From NCBI GenBank assembly GCA_964035545.1, contig OZ037768.1:6604741-6668740 (forward strand): DNA of 64,000 bases, in the 5' to 3' direction. The DNA is from Bugula neritina (lineage: Eukaryota > Animalia > Bryozoa). The notes under the pieces were generated by a model. It had not been told where the DNA came from, made no database searches, and saw only the letters and a program-made list of their open reading frames with translations. Numbering within the stretch: the stretch's first letter is position 1; every line of letters starts with the position of its first letter. The translations under genes were made by a program, and so were the position numbers. This document shows positions 54,701-64,000 of this stretch, one piece after another.

Positions 54701-57700
54701 TACGAGTGACAATTATATGTAATTCTTATGCTAACATATATTATAAATAATTTTAATTAAATAAATTAAATATAAATTAAATATTTTGCAAAAAGAAAAC
54801 CCAACATAAAATAGGAAATACAACACACTGATTTTAACAATAATTTTACATGCAAGTTATTGTTATAATCATTCTACAATATTTCCACACACCTTCATTG
54901 ATATCACAAATAGGGCACTGGTCTAGGATGGTGCGAATGGCTTGCGTATCCTCCATATTTGTAACTATCAAATCTCTCAGTCTATTTATAGCATTAGTTA
55001 TCTCATTCAGCTTGCTATTCAACAAATCTTCTTCTGTTACAGAAAACATATAACAATGTGCAGTAGGTATTCATCAACTTCTGTGCATGTTGTGTACAGA
55101 AAGTTGAAATTATCATCTCCTGCTATCACACAAAATCACAATAAAATACATCGAATGCTGTACAATGTTATGACTAAAACAAAAACAAAGAATAATTTTT
55201 GGTGATTACTAGAGTTGTTACATGACTGCATCTTAACTACTGATTATTAGACTGAGTACCAGTAGAAGGAATTCTGTTATCTATGACATCATCATCTTCA
55301 GGCAGGGAAAACGTCCTTGACCCGCCTCGACCTCTCTGGGCATCTTCTCTTGGTATCTCGGTTGTTGAGGTTTCTATTGCAGGAGTGGATGTCGTACTCA
55401 CAGTTACAAGCATTGATCTCTTCCTGAACGCATCACAGACCTCTAAATCGCCGAGGAGATCAGAAGGCTTCACCCCTCTAAGATCCGGCCGTTTCAACCC
55501 AGTAATCACCTGAAAAGTTGCAACATGCCTATTTAAGAGCCAAACATTTCACATAAATGCATTCCACATTACAGTAACAGCACAACATATTTTAAGCACC
55601 TTTTAGTGCATGTTACAAATTTAATATCCTGTTAGTTTTCTTTTTTTTAAAATTGCTCAGTTTAGAATCTAGTCTATTAAATACTAGGTATGCGCTAAAT
55701 GGTCACAACCTAAGGCTACAGCTTTCATGGTGGAGCGCAGGAGAGCACAAGATTTTCGCTGCTCAATGAAACTATTTATCAAATCAAAATAATGTTAGAT
55801 AGGTTGTTTCTATCGTCAAGTTTCTGTAGAGCATTAAATTTTGCCTAAGAAAATGTTTTTATATTTCACAGAATGGTGAGCTGTCAGTTTTCAAAGGTGT
55901 CATAATATAGTGCATTACGCAGTATTATTGCATCCAGATGTGGATTTAAACCAAATGACGTTGAAATTGTTTACAAAATATTCAAGGCTGCCAAAAGCAT
56001 AAAACCAGAATAATATGTAAGACTCTAGAATGCGAGTATTTCCAGTATGAAGTCTGTACTAAGCAACTTCTTGAACTATACAATCTTGTTCAATATGTGC
56101 TTTGGAACAAATTAAAAGGTCAGTTATTTTGAAGATGTTAGCAATAAGCCAAGTGGGTGACTGAGTTCATTCACCATATTTCCACAAAACCTTTTAATTG
56201 AACAACAATGTGCATTAACTTGACGCATTGTAACAGAAGGACTATCTCTCGGCATGTTTACACAATTAACACCATGCAAGCTCACAGAAGATTAGAGTAT
56301 TGTATAACAATCAGATCTCAATAATTGCAGAACTTTTTTCAAGACAAAATATCCTGAAGTCAGTATTTTAAATCTAAATTACTAATGTTAACAGTTGTTG
56401 TAAGACTTTTACTCCCGGTGGAATTCGAACCAGAGACCTCCAGCTTGCAAACCTAACATGCTAATCATTACACCACAGGGGCTACGGGATTCCTAACAAC
56501 AGTTGTAAACCACTCAGCACAATCATGCTACTTCAAGTACAGCAGCAGTTCATCTAAGTAAAGGTATATTATTAAGCTTACCTTGACATCTAGTTTCCTC
56601 GTCCACTGGGCCAGATTTGGACCAATGATGGAACTGTTACCAGGGATGCAATTGGCGTAAAGAGTGAAATGATTGGATAGCTGGGAGTTGAGTCTGTCAA
56701 AGTGTAGAATTATGAACACCAAATCAGCGTCTACTTCAAACTCACCATAACGCTCCTCCACTCCACCTTTGAGTAGATCAACTGGAAACAGAGGAAGAAA
56801 GAAATTATTATGCAATAACATACATGTGTTACTGGTAAGGGCAGAAAACCCTATAAACAAATATGGCTTGAGAAAAATTTTTTTTGGTCAAGCATTTTTG
56901 ATAAACACAAAAACTCGCTAAGCATCATATCACATGATCAACTAGACTCGCAGAGAGCCTTTTACTTGCAAAGCTGCAAAAAAACTCAAGAGTTGCAATC
57001 CTTCTTTTCTAGCAGCACAGATTTAAATGACAAAAACTAACTTCTTATAAAACTACTAAAGTTTAGCTGTTATTTCAAACATTATTGAAAACTTTTTCAG
57101 AATTGAACTTTAAGAATAGTTTCTTTATTCAGTTAGATACCGTTACCACAAGATCATGGTTAAATGCAAAGTAACTGCTTAAAGATATTTTAAGGTTAAA
57201 ATCAACTTTAATATTTGTTTCAACTTCTTTAGCTTCGAGTTAAAATCTTAGATTCAATATTTATGTTTAAATAAAAAAGAGACAATGTTTCAAATGAATT
57301 AAAATCTTTAAAAGGAAAATTGAATGTGAGAAAAGCACTCAAGAAACTTTTAGCAAATGTAGTTTAAACTGCCACAGTGTATTTTATTGGTTAGTTTATA
57401 TCAATTTCTAAAACATTGCAATAATAACACATGTCTACGTAGGAGAGAAAGGAAATTAATAAAATAAGTTAACAGCATTCATTTGGCTTCATTATTTTAC
57501 TGTTTAAAGAAAACTTGCATTTTATAATTATTCACAATAAACTATGGAGGTGTAAATGTTAATGCAAATTTCACATCTTGCCAGCAGCATGTCTGCATGG
57601 CATTTACCATGAATATAATGAGTATGTCCTTTTTGAAAGGAATTAGATGAACAAATTTATTAATACTTTTCACTTGTTTGATACAGATTGCCACAGTTAG

Positions 57701-59046
57701 ACTAGGTTAGTAGTGAAGACAATTTTCTGCAGGTAAAAGTGTAGAAATACCCACCCGAATAAAGAGATTCAAGGAATATAATAAAACAGTTATTCAAGTC
57801 ACGGCTACTACCATAAAATGCCTGATTGAAAAATCAGTCTATAGAACAAAAGTGAAATGTAAATAATTTTCTTCATTTTAGATGTCAACTACACATAGTC
57901 ACTTGTGGTGATGTGATTGTAAAGTTAAAATTATATTATGGTATCTTTTTAGAAAATTTAAAGTTAAAACTATTTACCAAGTTGAAATGAATTTCAACAT
58001 AAAAATGCATAGCCCTTTGCGAGTAGTACAGCCTAACCGAGGTCAGCTGAGTCATGGTTTAAAATTACTAAACCAGAATTTAAATTCAGCTAAAAGTTTA
58101 AATTTACTGCCTAGAAAAAAATTCCTTTCATAAAAATGCTTCTGATGTTGAATTTTGTAATCCAATATAATTTCTAACCATAAAATGCTGATTTTAATAA
58201 TTGAGTACATAAACATTTTTACTTAGCAACATCTTTAGTGAAAACAACATATGTACATAGATAATGCATGCAGACACTTCACCTTTCATCCGGTTTTCTT
58301 TGTTCAAAACTTTTCCAACATTTATCTTCAATAAAACCTCACTCCCTTGTTTAATTTCAAATAGTGTCTGAACCTCTGTAGTGAGAGTTATCTCCCCAAC
58401 TAGAGTCAAAAGTTTTTGTCCTCTTGATATGTATTGTTTCAGCAACTTTTCACCGTGGGTATTGGCCAACAGCACTGAAATGTACAATAGCTTTAGTTAT
58501 GACTAGCAATAGACTGGTGCACATGCAGCAAAAAGCACATTCTCTTAATAAGCCATTTATATGCAATTATGATAAGCATATGTTTTGAATTTTAAAATTA
58601 GATAACAATGAATACATGTGCAACACAATATAGTATGTAACCTAAACTGCATGACATCATTTCTACCGCCTTCCCTTTTTTCATGGTATTGCTGAGGTAT
58701 TCTCACACTGTTATGAGGGTAAAAATATATTAATAGTTACTAGAAAACCTACAGTAAAAGTCATTATTCCTTCTATATTTAGTATTTTGAAACAAAAAAG
58801 CAATATAAATAAAGCATATACAGATAAAGTAGCAGATCACCTGAGAAGTTTTTCCTCCCTGACACAACACTTGCTCTGTGCATAACGGAGTACTATTTAT
58901 TTGATTTACTTTGAATAAGATTTGATATTAAAATATTCTGAATTTAAGCTCTAATAAAATAGCAACAATCCAATTAATTTAATAAGATATACTATAAATA
59001 AAAGTAAGAAAGCACCTGATATGAAGAGAAACTGTAACAGCTTCAT
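45729..59046 (-). CDS. THBS: Thrombospondin, pentameric subgroup-B/COMP-like, about 1153 aa, 23 exons
   Basis: Exons: 59016-59046, 58283-58474, 56582-56781, 55260-55509, 54893-55033, 53581-53853, 52995-53093, 52403-52617, 52031-52171, 51399-51473, 51143-51304, 50585-50689, 50343-50450, 49875-50061, 49515-49633, 49098-49150, 48427-48608, 47873-48051, 47406-47594, 46986-47117, 46801-46898, 46108-46247, 45729-45919; phases consistent. Signal peptide, coiled coil ending CPIC, 7 EGF domains, type-3 Ca repeats (DNCP..N..Q.D.D.DG.GD.C), C-terminal L-lectin domain ([27 protein letters not shown]). N-terminal exons are less certain. Confidence 0.93.
47141..47204. repeat. 20-bp tandem repeat x3.2
   Basis: Consensus AACTAGTACACTGTATGATA, about 23 nt from a thrombospondin acceptor. 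Confidence 0.85.
51485..51640. repeat. Degenerate (ATTAT/ATTAC)n pentanucleotide repeat
   Basis: attatattacattatattacac...attatattgcattataacattat, adjacent to the acceptor at 51474. Confidence 0.75.
53397..53588 (-). repeat. 15-bp minisatellite derived from a splice donor (about 11 units, TAGACACAGGTGAGG)
   Basis: Flanked by identical 20-mers (53397-53416 and 53569-53588); units 2-4 recur as units 7-9, a 75-bp higher-order period. Confidence 0.92.
54413..54551. mobile_element. Degenerate CpG-rich inverted-repeat element (possible old MITE)
   Basis: Left GGGCGCTTTCGGATTCCCTACGCG versus reverse complement of the right end GGGTGTTACGGGTACCCCTACGCG; internal CATCGA/TCGATG motifs; no clear TSD. 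Confidence 0.45.
56411..56484 (-). mobile_element. tRNA-like relic (SINE head or tRNA pseudogene), family 2
   Basis: GCCCCTGTGGTGTAATGATTAGCATGTTAGGTTTGCAAGCTGGAGGTCTCTGGTTCGAATTCC; shares AGGTCTCTGGTTC and overall layout with 33981-34053. Confidence 0.6.
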
Positions 59047-60217
59047 AGTCAAGACTATGTGATTAACTTCAATCTAGTCTCATATGACTGCTGAAGTTAG
59101 TAGTAGAGGCAGCAGTTGAGACAGCAGCGGCAGCAGTGTGATCAGTAGGAGCAGAAGCTCTATAACAAAGCTCCAACAGAGATGTAATAACAAGGTTTCA
59201 ATTAGGATGAGCTTAAAAAGTAGCACATTACATACAGTGAAAGTCTATTACCGCCTGGACTGTGACACCTTATAAAGATTAAAATAACACTGACAGCAAT
59301 ATTTTGGGCATTGATTGTAGCAGGGCTTATATTTCACAGCTGAAGTATGGGTAATTATATATCATTAGCTTTACATTAAATGTTGACCAGTTTTATGAAA
59401 TAACTTGATGAGTATTAAATTCTGATAATGTGCATTCGAACACAATATCAAAGGACTACAACACCTCTGCCTGGGGACATAATAAAAATACAACTCAATA
59501 AAAACAAATTTTTTAAAACTAGATAAATTTCAGCTTATAATTTCACAGCAGGAGATGCTATTATATTGTAATTTGACATGTGAATGAGCCATGAGTTATG
59601 TTTTACATAGAAAGGGTTACTGTCAACTAAAAGAAACAAAAATATAAACCTATGCCAAATAATATAACTTGCTGGTGTTTTAATGCACCTGGTACCAAGA
59701 ATTACTTTAGAATATACCATGGAGTTGAATTCTGGACTAAAACTGGGATTCACTGCAAGATCCACCAGACACTATTTCTCACCTCGACAGTCTACTCTAG
59801 TCATTAAGATCTAACACCAAATGTAAAGTTATGCCGTTACATAGGGGACAGATGTGTTGTTAATTTAGTAGTTTGTCAAAAGAGCTCTTCGCTCATAAAA
59901 AAAACTGCAAATAATCTATTTTATAACTACAGTATATTTTATGTTTTTGATTGAACATTGGAGTTCTCAGTATCTCGACATCACACTGCGAAGCTGTGAC
60001 CTTGAAAGAACTTAACTACAAGTAGCAGCTTTTAAAATCATATTCTCACCTATCTCTGCTTTGTCCTGTTAGGGTAGCTGGGCTTTTAAAATCATATACT
60101 GCATAGAAAAAGACTAGAAAGTGAGATAACAACATTTTATTAAAATATAGAGAAAACACGACAACTGGCAAGTATTTCAACCTAAGTATTGCATGTGATT
60201 ACGGTTACCACTGATGA

Positions 60218-63177
60218 TTATTTTCCGTTGAACAGCTTGGCTATTCCATCGATCCAACTTACAGGACCACCTGATCCTGCAGCATCAGGCTACAATAAAT
60301 AAACAACAAATACTATAATAAAGCATAAAAAAGACATTAAATCAAATGGCAACTTGGAAGTAGAAATTGACATTACAACTATACAAGGTAGCCAGACTGA
60401 ATCAGTATGCACATTATATAGAGCAAGGCATGAGTAAATGATGCTCATCACTGAACTACTAGTTAGTGTTGTCTATATAATCTTTCAGATATAGCAGCTC
60501 ACATTTTGACATTTAACCTGCTTTTATATAATCTGATACCTTTATACATTATTTCAAAATAGCAGCATCATAAGCTTCAACAACCATAAAGAGAGTTGCC
60601 CTCTCTTGTAACATGCCAGTATATTGATACTCAGCAATAGTAAACATAACAAATAAAAAAGTGAACGTATGCTGATACTACTCAATGTTAAGGTTATGTT
60701 GGTAGGATTATTTTTGGTAAGATTAATAAACTACTTTAGACATGGTTCAACAGTTCCTGAGAAAATGTATTTACCTATATGTACTTTACTAAAACTTTTT
60801 TTAGTTTGTCTAGCATATTTTTATTATATAAATAAAATAGTGCTAAGCTGTGGATACAGTCATATGGTATAACACATTTCAGACTATGCTCAACATGACA
60901 GAATTTTTCATGATAATTTCAAGTCAATTACTTACATATTTTTTCTTGACTACATTTTGCAGTTGATAGTTATAGTAACGTCTATGGTGTGCAGCTTTTT
61001 TAGCTATGGGTGGCATATCATGCGTCCCAAACAATCTTAAGGTGACCTTCTGAACTTCGCCTTTGTGATCATCATCAGCTTTACTTTGCTGAAACACCAG
61101 AATAGTTTTGTTTTATAAAAGCAGGCGATGTGAAACCAAAGGCTTTACTACAAGTTTGAAATCAATTTCAAAAACAGTTATAACTTCAAAGCAGTTTAAG
61201 TATATCTCGCTACAAAAGAACTAAATATTAATTTTTAATGGATGCTGTCCAAAAATATAGCTCATAACTTTTATATATGGTGGAAATTAGGCTGTCAGAA
61301 TAATATATATGGAGGTGCTACAGACTTGGCGGTGAAAGATTTCTCTACTTCTCTGGTACAGGTTGGCATGTTCTCACACATGACTTGTTGATAATAATAC
61401 TTGCGTTTTTATTTTAGTGTAAAATACTTATGAAAATACTTATAAAAAATCAAAATTTACTTGATGATTTGATTAAGGCTGCAGATAACTAATACCGACT
61501 TCACAAAATACAATAGAGAATTTACAATAATTAGATGAAAACCCATCCACCAGCTTTGTACCACTTGTAAAATATTCCAAATAGCAAAAAAATAATACAT
61601 AAATAATCCTCCTGAAAGCTACTGCATTCATCACATATTTCTTAATTTTTTGTCTGTAGATAATATGAACCTACTTGCCCCTTGGAGTTTGGTGCAGGGG
61701 CTAAATCATAACCAAGTCATCTATAATTTATTTGAAAGATTTAAACTGCCACTAACTTTGAGTTGAAAAGGTTGTGCAACTTAAGAGTTTAATAATAATG
61801 CTTGGCATTCATCATATTATTTTATTTTAATAATTATGATTTGAAATATGGGTATTAATTGCAAAACAAAGTTTGTGATGTTGCATCACAGTAGAAAGAT
61901 GTGATTAGATAATTGCAAAGCTGATAAGAATAATCATAACTAAAGTTTATATAAATTATATCTACACATTAAATTATATTATAAAGATTACAATAATTAT
62001 CACTAAGCGAAACTAATAACGTATAAGATAATATTTGCCAATGCTGTTGCCAAAGGAGACCGGACTAAATCAATCATGTGTACATAATACTGATTAATTA
62101 TTAGATGATAAAATTATATGAATTTATGTAATCGTCTGCTGAACAGTCAAAGGTGCTCAGCTTCAGTCTCCAAAAGTCTATTAAAAACCACGCTGCTGGG
62201 CACATCTGGAACACAGCTTAAAGCCTGCAAGTCCTACTGTCTACCACCATTTAGCTATTTAATTCAATATAAAATATTTGAAAAGCTAAGCATATATATA
62301 CGAAGTGCTGAAAAATTGAGATATAAAACTAGAAGTACATTTCTTGTGTGTCCCTTATGAATAAACGCTGATGATATGCAAGCGGCTAATACTACAAGAA
62401 GCACTAAACATCTCCAGTTATTATGTAAGCTGTCAATGAATCAAATTAATGGAAAAATCTGACATCTTGCATTACACATTCAGAATATAATTTACTGAAG
62501 AGTTCGTTTTTGTCTTTGTTAAAATGAGATAAAATTAAATTAAGGATTAATAAAGACTACTGTCACCTTTATAATTTATTTAGTGTAAAATGAATAAAGA
62601 CGAGTTCAAATAGACTAGCTAAATATGATAACTAACCAATATTTTACATAATTCAGACTACATTATACATGTATATGAAACTACGCAAACAACACTGAAT
62701 TGGAAGTAAATTTAATATTAAAAAATCACAACCTGAGGTTGTCACATACCACCACCTACGGACAGCAATGTCTGTTAATCATTATGATTGAGCAACAATG
62801 TTTATGCCAACACAAAAACCAAATATTGTGTCATGCAAACTGTGCATGCACCGAATTCAGTATGATGACATAATTTGGTCAATTACTGATTTGCAGTACA
62901 GAAAAACATCATGTACTCATAACTACTACATAACCCTAGACGTTTAGCTAAAGTTATATTGGTTTTATTATTTAATCATCAATGAAACCGCTGACTTATT
63001 TCAGAAACTCAAGTATACTTATTTGTTACAGTAGAAATCTTACATCATCCCAGACTTTGAGCACCCAGTCGCCATGTGGATTTTCTCCCCAAGTTTGAAC
63101 AGACATGAAAGGCCAAGCCTGGTAGCCAATGGAATCAAAGTCGTTCTCCCGAGGTCTCATCATGGATACCTGAGTAC
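60218..63177 (-). CDS. PCSK1: Prohormone convertase PC1/3-like, last three exons (end of P domain and C-terminal tail); 5' part outside the window
   Basis: Not in the ORF track. Exons 63044-63177 (GTQVSMMRPRENDFDSIGYQAWPFMSVQTWGENPHGDWVLKVWDD), 60936-61088 (..GEVQKVTLRLFGTHDMP..RRYYNYQLQNVVKKKY), 60218-60289 (PDAAGSGGPVSWIDGIAKLFNGK*). No Cys-rich or TM region, so not furin; MSV.TWGENP and the tail resemble PC1/3. Confidence 0.8.
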
Positions 63178-64000
63178 CTGGATGTATATTCAATATACCT
63201 TCACTGATAATAGTATACGTAACTAATAAAGAACCAGCTCTCTTGTCCTCATGCTCTACTCAATATTCATTAGTAAAAGTATTATTCTTTCATGTAATTG
63301 AATATCTAGGAGTTGTAACCTCTTTTGTTTATTTAACGCCATGGCAGTAATCTGTTTGTTAGCTAATAATATTGTAATAATGTGAAAGTGTTGATAAATA
63401 ATAGTTTTTGTAAAAAATAATTTTGTTGAAGTCACATCATTTTATATAACTTCAAGTGAATTTAGTCATAGTTAGAACTACTTTAGCAACTTGTAAAGAT
63501 TTAGATGGACTCACTTGAGCTAGAGGCTCTGGTAATGCAAAAGAAAAATCACACCAGCCTAATGACAAAACTTCAAGAGCTATAAAATAATTATGTCACA
63601 AATTCTTGCATTTGAAATATATGAATATTTAAAAACGATTATAAAAAGAAAAAATGTCAGCATACACAGTTGGTGAGCAAAACATTTGGATTAAAATGCA
63701 TAAAATATTTTACATGTCTACAGCCATGCATATACCATCACAACAACATGTGCTTATTTACATATATATATATATACACATGTTTGGTGTAACATTCTTG
63801 TCTACTTGTATCAGCTGATAAGTAAAAAGCTGCTCAGTAACACAAATTATAAAACACAAAACTTATATTTTTTATGTTATTTAAATTAAGACGAGACAAA
63901 CGGAAAACACTAATTAATTTAAATACCAAAAAACAAATATTTCAGCACATTTTTAAGCCCTAGATTTGTAAGCATTTCAGATATTTTATTTAGTAGTGTA

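Noticed and set aside
62100-62207. Possible alternative terminal exon of the convertase (MCPAAWFLIDFWRLKL..)
   Set aside because: Only a weak W-x-L-x-L resemblance; the exon at 60936-61088 supplies the proper G..L.L.GT strand and a PC1/3-like tail.

Overview
AT-rich, intron-dense animal (invertebrate-like) genomic DNA; nothing prokaryotic. Manual exon threading with phase checks gives nine protein-coding genes: PARD3/Par-3 first coding exon (-), ACBP/DBI (+, 4 exons), a voltage-gated Ca channel alpha2delta subunit (-, 30 coding exons, about 1075 aa, with one AT-AC U12-type intron and one probable GC-AG intron), DNAJC22 (+), HPDL with a roughly 380-aa low-complexity insert (-), AK2 (+), neuferricin CYB5D2 (+), a pentameric-type thrombospondin with 7 EGF domains and a Tyr/Asp-rich C-terminal tail (-, 23 exons), and the 3' end of a PC1/3-like prohormone convertase (-). 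Six genes form three head-to-head pairs. Introns carry MITEs, tRNA-derived SINE-like relics and minisatellites. The most unusual unexplained signal is a strand-symmetric, 6-bp-periodic (TNA NNN)n sequence texture with shared 11-17 bp words. It lies just downstream of the 5' end of seven genes, and in HPDL it falls inside the open reading frame. All coordinates were read by eye and homology calls come from recognised motifs, not database searches.
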